Positions 28,039 through 37,799 of a stretch of 64,000 nt of DNA are shown here, piece by piece. How positions within the stretch are numbered: position 1 is the stretch's first letter; each line of letters begins with the position of its first letter. The notes beneath the pieces were generated by a model. It was not told the origin of the DNA. It did no database searches and saw only the letters and a program-made list of their open reading frames with translations. Source of the stretch: a virus. The position numbers were made by a program, and so were the translations under genes. The DNA is taken from positions 58,902 through 122,901 of IMG/VR virus record IMGVR_UViG_3300011339_000793, one strand, 5' to 3'.

Positions 28039-28310
28039 TATCGTTCCTCGTCCGTGGCTTGCTCAATGTGTTGAGCGAGTGCTTCGGGGTCTGCCCCAGC
28101 ACTAACAAGAACCTTGCGCCATAGGTTCATAGCACCATACTTCTTGTCCATCATAAAAAATAACTTATCCATAGAAGTATCTTTTTTGTTCTGCCACTTC
28201 TCAATGTCATCATCAAACATTGTTATCAACAATGCCAATGACATTGTTAGCAGACTAACTTCTTCCTCAGATACCTCTACCTGTAATACATTTGTTTCAT
28301 TGTCAGCCAT
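28038..28310 (-). CDS. Hypothetical protein
   Basis: SD AGAAAGGGGG and own promoter. Confidence 0.7.
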   Translation of the reverse strand: MADNETNVLQVEVSEEEVSLLTMSLALLITMFDDDIEKWQNKKDTSMDKLFFMMDKKYGAMNLWRKVLVSAGADPEALAQHIEQATDEER

Positions 28311-28338
28311 TTGCTGACCCCCTTTCTTTCTAAACCGA

Positions 28339-28367
28339 ACAATACACTATCTGACTATAAAAGTCAA
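28339..28367 (-). promoter_or_regulatory. Early-type promoter
   Basis: TTGACT-17-TATTGT followed by TCGGT. Confidence 0.75.
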
Positions 28368-28741
28368 ATCTCTTCTTCTTGCGTGTTGCCACTAAACATT
28401 TCAGAGATAGGCATAAAGTCCAACATCTCTAATTGTTCGTTGAAACACTCCACTTGGCAATCTTTACAGAATTGGTTGTTCCTAAACTGCTGAGCAACTT
28501 TTAGCCTATAAAACCTTTCAAGGCTTGCCTCAATGGCTTCTTTTTCCCCTGAGGTAAGAAGGTCAGGGTTTTCTTTTCCTTTTTGGCACATAGGTATCCA
28601 CATAGTGTCTTCTGTAATTTTTATTTCATCTTCGGGATTATCTTCGGGTGTCCATACAGGTTCGTATTGGTGAAGCCCTGTCTCTAGTATTTTTGAGACT
28701 TTCTTGAAATTAAGTGGTTGTTGATAGTTGTTGTCTGACAT
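28364..28741 (-). CDS. Hypothetical protein
   Basis: ORF track; CKDC motif. Confidence 0.55.
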   Translation of the reverse strand: MSDNNYQQPLNFKKVSKILETGLHQYEPVWTPEDNPEDEIKITEDTMWIPMCQKGKENPDLLTSGEKEAIEASLERFYRLKVAQQFRNNQFCKDCQVECFNEQLEMLDFMPISEMFSGNTQEEEI

Positions 28742-28833
28742 ACCGCCCCTTCGTTTGTTTTTTACTTTTTGCTATACAACTTTTTTTGTAAAGAAACCCC
28801 CCACCCTTTTGAGGTGAGGGGCTTCTATAACAA

Positions 28834-29340
28834 TTACTTTACTAGGTTCGCTAGGAAAGTTGTTAGGGCTATCTCCAACTCGGGAGAGAGTTCCGCATCA
28901 TTTTTCATCTGTGGAGTTTTCATTACAGGTGAAACTTTGGTGCTGGTGTAGTCAGCGAATAGGGATACAAGGTGTGGGTTCGCTTTCAAGAGTTCTTCCT
29001 TGTCTAAGGACTCACGATTTTGTGTTCCAATAACAACTACTGGAACTCCTGCGATAGTGCCTTCTTTGGCGATACCGACCCAAGATGAGCCGATTTTTAC
29101 ATAACCAAGCAGAGCGTAAAGTTCTGCCTGTGTCTTTTCGTAATTTGCCTCTAGGCGTGATTTAGCAGTTTTGATAGCCTGAAACTTCTTTAGAAGTTTC
29201 TTGGCGTCTGCGCCACTTGTTGCGTTAGCATCAAGTGCTATGGAGATTGTTTCTCCGAGTTCAACCGAGATAGTTTCCTTAGTCTTTTTGACTAGGGCTA
29301 CTTCCTCGCTATTGAACTTTATGTCATCTTGATTTGACAT
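28834..29340 (-). CDS. Hypothetical coiled-coil protein
   Basis: SD GAAAGGA, promoter upstream, terminator-like hairpin at 28795-28825. Confidence 0.7.
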   Translation of the reverse strand: MSNQDDIKFNSEEVALVKKTKETISVELGETISIALDANATSGADAKKLLKKFQAIKTAKSRLEANYEKTQAELYALLGYVKIGSSWVGIAKEGTIAGVPVVVIGTQNRESLDKEELLKANPHLVSLFADYTSTKVSPVMKTPQMKNDAELSPELEIALTTFLANLVK

Positions 29341-29417
29341 AGTGTCCTTTCGTCATTTCCGAGAGAGAAACCTTTTCACTCCCTAAGTAGTTGAACCTTG
29401 TTCATCTACTAAACCGA

Positions 29418-29446
29418 ACAATACACTACCGACCATAGAGAGTCAA
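29418..29446 (-). promoter_or_regulatory. Early-type promoter
   Basis: TTGACT-17-TATTGT followed by TCGGT. Confidence 0.75.
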
Positions 29447-29487
29447 ATCCAAATCAACACTTGCCTATGTGTTTTGTATCACATAGT

Positions 29488-30497
29488 CTAGTCCTCGACA
29501 GGCTCGACTTCTATCTCTGTGGCACGAGCAAGGTCGTGCCCATACTCGTTCTCCAGCCAATCTCGGGCAAGGGCTTCAGCACCCCTTTGGGTTTCCGAAC
29601 TTACCTCTGTCCCGAAGTGTGAGATGAAGGTTGCTTTCCAAGTTTTATTCATCTCCAACAACTCCTTGCGCAATCTCTACGAAATCTTCGGCAGCCGAAC
29701 TTTGGAAGTGCCACTCCCCGTCCTCATAGTTTTCTACAACTAATGACCATTGAGTTTCGGATAGAGAAGGTGCGCCATAGCCTTCAATAGTTTCTTTGTC
29801 CCAATACGCAACTATCAGTTCCGTATCAGGTGTGTATGCCTGTAATTGCTCAATTAAATCTTTTACTCTCATTTTTACTTTTTGCTTCCTCTCTCGGTTT
29901 ATGCCACTAACAAACGAACATTGTTTGCTAGTTGCTTTACTGCTATCGGTTCGTGGTCATAAGCCATGCCCTCGTCCCAGCCACAAATCGGTGCTTGCCA
30001 TTTATCAAGCCACAACCCGTAGGTGTCCCGTTGTATCTCCCACCCGCAACTCTTGCAGGTATCCGTGCCGTTTGTCATTACTTCTCTCCCGTCATAATCA
30101 TTTCGCTTGCCCGTCTGTCTTTGAGATAAGTTTCCGCATAAGCAATAGCCTCGCTTATTTCGTGTGATACACAATCAAGATGCTCGCCATAGCAGTAGAG
30201 GTCGAACCAAGAATTACTCGCCCAATCAAGAAGCCCTTGTTCGTTTGCCAATCGCAACGCATCATCTGTGGTCAAGCCAGCGTCTATAAAATCTGAAGGG
30301 TCATACAGACTACGAACAACTTGCCCTTGTGGTGAGTCGAGTAGATGCGCTTTTGTTTCTCCGTCACAGTAGATGTCCACCGCAAAGCCTTCATAAGAAA
30401 CTGTCGCCAATAATCCAAAGCCCGTAAAAAAGATAGCGTCCTGTTGTTTTGGGTCGGGCGCAACGCCTGACCTGTAATCTACTTTTACTTCAGACAT
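29488..30497 (-). CDS. Four small coupled hypothetical ORFs (29488-29652, 29645-29872, 29899-~30080, 30078-30497)
   Basis: ORF track with starts adjusted to SD or motif positions. Confidence 0.6.
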
Positions 30498-30630
30498 TTT
30501 ACTTTTTCCTTTCGTCATTTTGTTTGTTAGGTGTGTCGGTTCGGTTCTGTGGTGAGAGATTGTAGAGAGAGATTATTGTGTTTGGAAGGACACCCTCAGC
30601 CCTACACCCGAACCGACACCTGTTAGAACA

Positions 30631-32442
30631 TTAGGCAACTGCCCTTTGTCCAACTTTGTTTAGGACTCGCATAGCAGACATACCGATAATTTCGGAAGCC
30701 TCTGCTGGATTACTTATGTCTCTAACAACTTCTGCGTATCCTTGCCCGAGTTTGTTAGCAGTATGTCCATTGTCGAAGGGAAGCCACAGAATTGCTACAC
30801 CTGCTTTTTCACACTTCTTTACAATCTCCATACACGACTTTGTTTCCTCAGGTGTGTATTCTCCGTCAGAAACAATAACTAGAAGTCTTGCCCCATTTCC
30901 GTAGAGCAATCCTAGAGTTCCGTCTAGTGCCTTGAACGCTTTAGTGAACTTCTCAGTTCCGTCCTGAGCAGTAAAGACTTTTACCTGAGGCAACTTCTGC
31001 CCAACGCTAAGTGTTGGGAATACATCATTTCCGTAATAGACCATAGCGCACTTACCTTGAATACGATTTACTGCCTCAGACATAACCCACGCAGTAGTAG
31101 CCATAGGGTTCATAGCAGAGCCCATTGAGCCCGAGATGTCCACCATAACTCCAACTGTAAGTGTTGGTTCGTCTGTGTGCTTACGAACAGTTTTACGGAA
31201 AGGATTTTCGTTTTTCATAACTCCCATTGAACGAAGTGCCTTGTTCTGCATAATTGCTTTAGTGCGAAGTCTGCCCGGAGGAGTAGCACTAGCAATTTCT
31301 TTTACATCTCTTTCACGATACTTTGCTTTTTCAAGCAACTGACTAATACGAACAGAGGCAGAACGCTCTAACGAATTAGGTTCTCTTTGTTCAACAAGTT
31401 TGCTATTGCTCTTACCAACACCTACACCTGTTGATTTATCAAAGACCTTGTTCGCAACTTCTTTGTTTTCTGCTTGCTCTTGTGCTTCTGAGGCTTTTGC
31501 TTGTGCCTCATCTTTCCAATCCTCTAATTGTTCTTGGTCAGCAAGTTCGTCAAAGTTAGACATCTCTATGTTTTCCGCAATCTCTTTTAGAGTTTCCATA
31601 ATTGCGTCTGCGAGTTCTTTTGGCATAGGCATACCTTTTGGCGCAGGAACACCGCAACCACCCTCAGGATTTTCATTAGGAGTCTCGCCTCTTTCTTTAC
31701 CAATCTTGCGAGCCAACTCAGCCCAATCTTTTGCTATTGGATAAAGTTCTGTTGCGTCTGAGTGCTTGTCGTGGCGTTGTGCCATGCGTGCTAACTCACG
31801 GAAAGCATTTAGGTTGTCCTCACCTATTTGGCTTTTTACCCACTCATCTATTTCGGCAACTTCTCTTATAGAAAGAATACCTGCTTCAACTCGGGCGTGA
31901 ACAAGACCTATGAGATTTGTAATTGCTATTGTTGGTTGCTGATTGTCGAAGGCTTCTTTAGCATCTCCAATAGCAAGTTCCATAGCGCAAGAGCGAAGGA
32001 AAGGCTTAGCCTTACTATCTCTTAGCAATCCTTGATACTCAATGCGACCTTCCTCTAACAACATCAAGGCTTCATACTCATCTCGCTTTAGTTCTTTGTA
32101 TGCGTCAGGCATAGACCATTGTGAGAAGCGAGCATGGAAGGCTTCGTGCATAATCGCACCTGTTGCCATTGGAAACTCGTATTGTGTTTTACGAAGTGTT
32201 ATGTCGCCTATGTGGTCAGGAGTAATTCCATTTCCGAAAGCAACTTCAACATTTACTTCTACTTCCGCAGTTTGCGGGTTGTAGCAAGCGGGGGCAGAGC
32301 CACCCGCACCGGGACCTACATACGCAACAAGGTCGTCTCTGTGAGACCACTTGTTCGCTAGGTATCCAACATCTCTACCAATTTTGAGCCACTCAACTGG
32401 CGTTGCTTGCGCTCTAGTTTCACCACTTTTTATGTGAGCCAT
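30631..32442 (-). CDS. VWA-domain protein with N-terminal HExxH metallopeptidase-like region (CobT/NorD-like)
   Basis: AIMHEAFH and LLEEGRIE; MIDAS VMVDISGSM, TEK, LVIVSDG. Confidence 0.85.
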   Translation of the reverse strand: MAHIKSGETRAQATPVEWLKIGRDVGYLANKWSHRDDLVAYVGPGAGGSAPACYNPQTAEVEVNVEVAFGNGITPDHIGDITLRKTQYEFPMATGAIMHEAFHARFSQWSMPDAYKELKRDEYEALMLLEEGRIEYQGLLRDSKAKPFLRSCAMELAIGDAKEAFDNQQPTIAITNLIGLVHARVEAGILSIREVAEIDEWVKSQIGEDNLNAFRELARMAQRHDKHSDATELYPIAKDWAELARKIGKERGETPNENPEGGCGVPAPKGMPMPKELADAIMETLKEIAENIEMSNFDELADQEQLEDWKDEAQAKASEAQEQAENKEVANKVFDKSTGVGVGKSNSKLVEQREPNSLERSASVRISQLLEKAKYRERDVKEIASATPPGRLRTKAIMQNKALRSMGVMKNENPFRKTVRKHTDEPTLTVGVMVDISGSMGSAMNPMATTAWVMSEAVNRIQGKCAMVYYGNDVFPTLSVGQKLPQVKVFTAQDGTEKFTKAFKALDGTLGLLYGNGARLLVIVSDGEYTPEETKSCMEIVKKCEKAGVAILWLPFDNGHTANKLGQGYAEVVRDISNPAEASEIIGMSAMRVLNKVGQRAVA

Positions 32443-32580
32443 TTGCTCATCTCCCTTTTCTATTAGGCTTCCAATCCCAATACCTGAATAATACTTGTTC
32501 GTTCTGTTATTGTCAAATCGTGTCTAGGGGGTGGGTGAACGCTCCCACCCCCCGACCAGCCCTGCCTATCTAAGGGGGTC

Positions 32581-33639
32581 TTAGATTTTGGCAGGTTTCA
32601 CTTCCTCACCGAACGCCCTTGAAAGGACATCTGCGATAGTTGCTCTATCGCTTTCAGGTGAGGACGAGATTAGGTTTGCGAGAGCAAACGCAGTTCCGAA
32701 AGTTGTTGCTATGTCTCGGAAGGCAAGCAACTCACGCATTTGTGGAGACCAACTAATTTGGTTATCCAGTTGCTTACGATAAAGATTTTGTGCCGAAGTG
32801 ATTAGCAAACTTGGAACACCCAACTTCTTTGCGAGTGCGTAGTCAGTAGTCATTTCAACTTGTAGAGTGAAGCGAGAAGTCAATGCCTCAGAGATACGAA
32901 CTCCGGGGGCATTAGGGTTGGTAGCACTCACCACAAAGAAATCAGGGTGAGCCTTGATAACTCCACGCTCGGGATTAGCAGAAACAACTAACTCTCTGCG
33001 TCCGTCCATTGTTCCGTAAAGTATTGCGAGAACCTTTGGGTCAATCAAACCAATTTCGTCAATGAAATAAACCCAACCATTTTCCATACACTTTATTAAA
33101 TCTCCGTCAATCCACTCAAAGTTTCCACTTGGAGTTTGGACATAAGAGCCAATTAGGTCAGAGACTTCAATGTCTCCGTGTCCTACGAGTGTTCTCATCT
33201 CCGCACCGAAGGTTGCTTCAACGAGAGCAGTTTTACCTGTACCTGGCGCACCATAGAACATAGGGAACATAGGTGAACCTACACCTGTAATAACTGCTTG
33301 CTTTGTGGCTTCTTTAGCATTACGCAAAGCCATAACATCTTGATGCTCTCCCCAAGAGCGAGCATAGTAAATAGCACCATTAGGTCTTAGATAACTGTCC
33401 ACTCCAATAATTGCTTCTACTTGTGGCAGTTCCATTTTCAACCTTGACTTTCGTGGCGCACGCTCTGAACCAACTGCTCGCTCAACATAGCGACCAGCAG
33501 GTAGAACTTGTGAACTAAGTGCGACAGTAGCCTTTTCATTTATCCCCTGAGTAGCAACTAGTTCGATAATTTCCCATAGCGTTGGAGATGAGTTAGGAGT
33601 AATCACTCCATACTTATCTTTTGCTTTTATTGCGTCCAT
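32581..33639 (-). CDS. MoxR/CbbQ/NirQ-type AAA+ ATPase
   Basis: Walker A GAPGTGKT, Walker B YFIDEIG, ATNP, EALTSRF; adjacent to VWA gene. Confidence 0.9.
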   Translation of the reverse strand: MDAIKAKDKYGVITPNSSPTLWEIIELVATQGINEKATVALSSQVLPAGRYVERAVGSERAPRKSRLKMELPQVEAIIGVDSYLRPNGAIYYARSWGEHQDVMALRNAKEATKQAVITGVGSPMFPMFYGAPGTGKTALVEATFGAEMRTLVGHGDIEVSDLIGSYVQTPSGNFEWIDGDLIKCMENGWVYFIDEIGLIDPKVLAILYGTMDGRRELVVSANPERGVIKAHPDFFVVSATNPNAPGVRISEALTSRFTLQVEMTTDYALAKKLGVPSLLITSAQNLYRKQLDNQISWSPQMRELLAFRDIATTFGTAFALANLISSSPESDRATIADVLSRAFGEEVKPAKI

Positions 33640-33660
33640 TGTAGTTTATCCCCCCTTTTC

Positions 33661-34119
33661 TTATACTAACTCTGCGGGAAATCCGAGTGATTTCCTAGAG
33701 ATGTTTATACGATAAAGAACCTTGTTAGGTGTGTTTCCCTTCGCTATGTCGTCAGCATCAAAGCGAGAGATTTCTGTAAGGATTGGCTTTTGACGGATTT
33801 TCCAACCATGCTTGATTAGTTCATCAAACATAGCGAGCCCATACCTCATGCGTTGTTCTGTGAACTCTGAAACATTTTCCTCAGAGATTTGACGACCTTC
33901 GTCTAACAAACCTTTTACAGACTCATGTCGTAGAGTGGTGGTGCGCCATTGTTTCTTTGGCGATACAGGAGTTATGACTCTCCTATGTAAAGCCATAGGA
34001 ACTAGGTTTCCCGAGTTGCTATAACAATCAGGAGTAATAAGCATTTGCATAGTTTCGCCGACATTTTCGAACTCGGCATAAACCGCAACCCCCTGAACCT
34101 TCTTTTCTTTTTCTAGCAT
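33661..34119 (-). CDS. Hypothetical protein upstream of the AAA/VWA pair
   Basis: SD GAAAGGA; same operon. Confidence 0.7.
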   Translation of the reverse strand: MLEKEKKVQGVAVYAEFENVGETMQMLITPDCYSNSGNLVPMALHRRVITPVSPKKQWRTTTLRHESVKGLLDEGRQISEENVSEFTEQRMRYGLAMFDELIKHGWKIRQKPILTEISRFDADDIAKGNTPNKVLYRINISRKSLGFPAELV

Positions 34120-34257
34120 TTGTTTTCCTTTCGTATGTAAGTGCTAGGCGTTCATTTCTTATTCAGTTGTATAAAGCGAACTTTACACTACGGGGGTCAA
34201 TTCTGTCAAGTCTATTTTCATAGATGTTTCTAGGTTTTCCCCCCTAGTGTTCGTATC

Positions 34258-34539
34258 TTACTCTTTTTGCATAGCCTTGTCAAATTGAGCGTCAAGGTCG
34301 TTGTCCTCTACTGCCTGATGCAGTTCTGCCCTTTGTCGCTCGTCAGCCTGAGCAAGGGCTAGGGCAAGGTTAGCCCTCTCCGCATCTCCGACCTCATCTA
34401 TGGCTTGCCAATCTGCCTCAGACCAATTCTGAGTATCAACAACAACCATGCCATCTGCGACCCCATAGTTTCCATCAAGGGCGAAGTAGTGGTGGTTTTT
34501 GTCAGGTGTCATTTCCTCTTGGCTTATTAATTCACTCAT
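34258..34539 (-). CDS. Acidic hypothetical protein
   Basis: 15-bp motif directly precedes ATG. Confidence 0.7.
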   Translation of the reverse strand: MSELISQEEMTPDKNHHYFALDGNYGVADGMVVVDTQNWSEADWQAIDEVGDAERANLALALAQADERQRAELHQAVEDNDLDAQFDKAMQKE

Positions 34540-34705
34540 TTTACTTTTTGCTACCTCTCTTAGTTTATCTCGTAGTTGTTACAGATTTCTTGAACAGCAT
34601 CATTGAGAGTGTTTGACAACAAACTTATTTCGTTGTCAGATAGATGAGCAACCATTTCATCTGTGATTTGTGATTGCCACACAACACCTTTTATAGATAA
34701 GAAAC

Positions 34706-35377
34706 TCACTTCAGCACCTTCAATTCATTATCAACGAATAGTTCTATTACTACTGTCTTGTTAGGACAATCTTTATACCAATCATCTTCATCTTCATCTC
34801 TTTGACAAATACAGTTATCTTCTTCATCTCTATCTACATAATCTTTATGTGAGTTAGGTATGTCGTATTCACGAACAATGCTAGAGCCTTCTTCTGTCCA
34901 AAGGATTTCTCCACCCCAACCTTGTTCTTCTTCATACTCCAAAGTTATTTCTAGTTTTGGATACTGTATAGAAAGTTCTTCAATAACAGGAAGTGGAGGC
35001 GACCACGCAGTATTGAAACGATAACGCAGAGTTGTTGGGTGTTCTTCTTCTAGTGAAGTATCAGAGTATTCATCTTCATCTCTTACTGCTATGTCCCACT
35101 TAGTTCCCCACTTAGAGTTGTTGAAGTTATACCAGTTGTATTCACTTTCGCCTTGCTTCTCTCCATTGGCGTAGCCATGAGTTCCAAAGTATTCATCTAA
35201 CTTATCGTCAGGTGGCGCAATAATGTTCCAGAAAGAGATAATTGGATTTGAGTAACTAGTAACTTCTTTATCGTTCGCATACCGCTTTTGGATAGGCTTA
35301 CCGAGTTGTGCTTTTACTTTTGCAATCTCTTCTTCTGAACCTTCTATGGTCAGAGTGTTATAGACCCAGTTTGGCAT
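34706..35377 (-). CDS. DUF1281/YubB-like ferredoxin-fold protein
   Basis: MPNWVYNTLTI...WYNFN..KWGTKWD...FNTAWSPP...YEEEQG. Confidence 0.8.
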   Translation of the reverse strand: MPNWVYNTLTIEGSEEEIAKVKAQLGKPIQKRYANDKEVTSYSNPIISFWNIIAPPDDKLDEYFGTHGYANGEKQGESEYNWYNFNNSKWGTKWDIAVRDEDEYSDTSLEEEHPTTLRYRFNTAWSPPLPVIEELSIQYPKLEITLEYEEEQGWGGEILWTEEGSSIVREYDIPNSHKDYVDRDEEDNCICQRDEDEDDWYKDCPNKTVVIELFVDNELKVLK

Positions 35378-35404
35378 CTTGTCTCCTTTCTAAAGACAAA
35401 GCGA

Positions 35405-35433
35405 ACAATACACGCTAGTTATTTTTTTGTCAA
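35405..35433 (-). promoter_or_regulatory. Early-type promoter
   Basis: TTGACA-17-TATTGT. Confidence 0.75.
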
Positions 35434-35682
35434 GTGCTTAGTGGTGCGAAACTCAGGAAGTGTGTAATCAGGAAGTCCAAACATAAATCCTCCACCATTA
35501 CCTTCTTCATCTTGCGAGAGGACAAGTTCAACGAGTTCTCCATTTGCAAGTCTTGCTACGAACATTGGAAACCCACGACCTCCAAAGTCATCAGAGTCAG
35601 TTCCCTTGAACCTGAGGATTGTTGCGCCTTCAAGTTGTTTGTAGTAGCCCATGTTCCAGCGTTCTTGTGTTGAGTCTTTCAT
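35419..35682 (-). CDS. Hypothetical protein
   Basis: LVLSQDEEGNGGGF motif; SD GGAG plus A-rich motif. Confidence 0.65.
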   Translation of the reverse strand: MKDSTQERWNMGYYKQLEGATILRFKGTDSDDFGGRGFPMFVARLANGELVELVLSQDEEGNGGGFMFGLPDYTLPEFRTTKHLTKK

Positions 35683-36129
35683 TTTTACTTTTTACTCCTG
35701 TTCCTCTAGGGCACGGCGTTTGTTCTCCAAACGAGTGCGGTTGCGCTTAGTCCTCTTGTCAGCAAACACCTGTGCTTTTTGGTTCAGCACAAAGCGACCT
35801 CGCATACGAAGCAAGCCGTCAAGTGGTTTTATCTTTTTCATTTCCGTATTATAGGGCACGCCGTTCTTTTTGTCAAGCCTTGCTGTCAACCACGCTTGCA
35901 GCATTTCCCTCCTGCACTAACTACAAACAATTTAGGCACGCCGTCTTGCCTGGCTACGAAGATTTTTACTTTTTGCTAATCGGCACAGTTGCCTGGCCGC
36001 CGTTACACTTCACAACAACTTTCCGTTCTATACACCCGTGCCGTCAACCTCCCTTGCGCTCGCCGAAGTTTTGGGCAAACAAAAAACGACTTGCCGTTAG
36101 GCAAGCCGTTCTTCGTATCTTAGAAAGGA

Positions 36130-36534
36130 TTATGCGCTTTGCTCGAGCCGTGTTCTGGTTTTCCAACCATCACCTGAGATTTTGATTCGGAATACTTTCT
36201 CAAAGGCTTCTGCTACCGCATTAGAGATGTCGGTATATGTTTCATCACTCTCTCTAAAGAGTGAACCCGCTTCAGGGATTGACGGAATATCCGAGTCCTC
36301 CGTGTAATCACCTAAAATTAAAACTCTGTCGCCTTTCCAGCGACCTGAGATTTCGGTTGCGGGGAAATCCCCACCACCCCGTGCCGGACTTGTCATCATC
36401 AAGATATACATAGCATCTGCCAATGTTCCCTCGAAGTTGCCCGTATGTTCATACTGCTTGAGCCCTAGACCCAAGCCGTGTGGTTCGACTTTTTCTTTCT
36501 TATCAACATTTACTAAAATGTGATATTGCCCCAT
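36130..36534 (-). CDS. Conserved phage hypothetical protein
   Basis: MGQYHILVNVDKKE...GRWKGDRVLILGDY. Confidence 0.75.
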   Translation of the reverse strand: MGQYHILVNVDKKEKVEPHGLGLGLKQYEHTGNFEGTLADAMYILMMTSPARGGGDFPATEISGRWKGDRVLILGDYTEDSDIPSIPEAGSLFRESDETYTDISNAVAEAFEKVFRIKISGDGWKTRTRLEQSA

Positions 36535-36582
36535 GTGGGTTGCCCTTTCTGTTAGGTTATGCGTATTGTATAACTACAATTA

Positions 36583-37321
36583 CTATTTTGTCAAATCTAT
36601 TGATTCGGCGTGTTCGCTTACCGATTCCGAAATCATATTTGAGATGGCTTCATCATTAGAGTCCAGCCCCCCGTGTTCTTCCATCTCTTTGACTACCTTA
36701 GACCACGCCTCATCTGTAAGGATAACCTCATCAGTTGGTTGATAATCAAAGGTGTCTTTATACCAAACCAAAGCAATGACTTCTTCATCAGGGTCATACT
36801 TTTGTAGTTGGTCTACTAAATCTCGTGTCTTCATTACACGGCCTCCTCATTCTCATCTTCAGACCACCCTTGGTCTATTAGACTTTCAAATCCCATATTA
36901 GGGTCTACAGGGTTTGTGGTGACCGCTTGAATAAATCTTAGACCGCAAGAGTCTTCATACCACTCTTGTAAGGTGGCAAACATTTCTTCAGGTGTTGCTT
37001 GCTCTTTTGTAATTAGTGGGTCATAACCATACTCTCGCATTAGTTCGACCTGCTCGTCATCCATTAGCAAATAAATCTTATGGCAGGTATCCCAAGCAAT
37101 AGCCTTAGCATCACCTACTCGCTCTGCTACTAAATCGAAACTCATTATGCCACCACCAATCTTTGACCTAGGCCAAGGCCTAGTTGTCCGGTGGTATATG
37201 TGTTAAAACACATATCGCATAAATTGGCCCAAGGACCCATTACTGTCTTTGCGTCATACAAGGCTGTATCACCGCAGGTATCGCATTTAGGTAAAGAAGT
37301 TACTTTGACTTCTTGACTCAT
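36583..37321 (-). CDS. Three coupled small ORFs (36583-36834, 36834-37145, 37145-37321 Zn-finger CDTC..CDMC)
   Basis: Overlapping TAATG junctions; promoter at 37351-37379. Confidence 0.7.
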
Positions 37322-37350
37322 AGTTCATCTCCTTTCTAGAGATAAACCGA

Positions 37351-37379
37351 ATACTACACCGACTAAATTTTTTTGTCAA
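37351..37379 (-). promoter_or_regulatory. Early-type promoter
   Basis: TTGACA-17-TAGTAT followed by TCGGT. Confidence 0.75.
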
Positions 37380-37799
37380 CTCCTACAAGAAGTTTTTTCT
37401 TTTTCTTTTCTTGTCTGTTGTCGGAGGCTACTGCCATCGCAAATACAAGTCGCCACAGCAATTTGTTCATAGTTACTTTCTTCATGGGTGCTCTCGTCTT
37501 TCTCGTCTTTTGTGTCTTGCGGTTTTTACTTTTTGCACGAGTCTTACCATTGCGAATACTGGCGCTAAAAAGATTCGGTCCATCAACTCGGCCTTGTATT
37601 CGTACTCGTCTACCGTGTCCTCTTGAAAGAGTTGGTCGTATGCTAGTTGGGTTCGTCTGCTCATACGGTTGACTATAGACCCACTTACCTCTGGTGTCAA
37701 CACCAATACATTAATGTCAGCGGTTAACTTATTTATATACCCTATGGGCAGGCCGGCATTTTTTGAACATCGAATTCTGTGCACGCGTTGTTTACAGTT

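Noticed and set aside
30631-33639. Cobalamin biosynthesis (cobS/cobT) call
   Set aside because: Generic MoxR/VWA pair; no cobN or other cob genes; such pairs are widespread in phages
35692-36185. ORFs on both strands at 35.7-36.2 kb
   Set aside because: They overlap promoter and motif boxes and lack SD or conserved motifs; more likely regulatory DNA
37482-37784. 100-aa ORF as listed
   Set aside because: Upstream half runs into motif-rich noncoding DNA; at most the part from MSRRTQ may be real, so it is not listed as a feature
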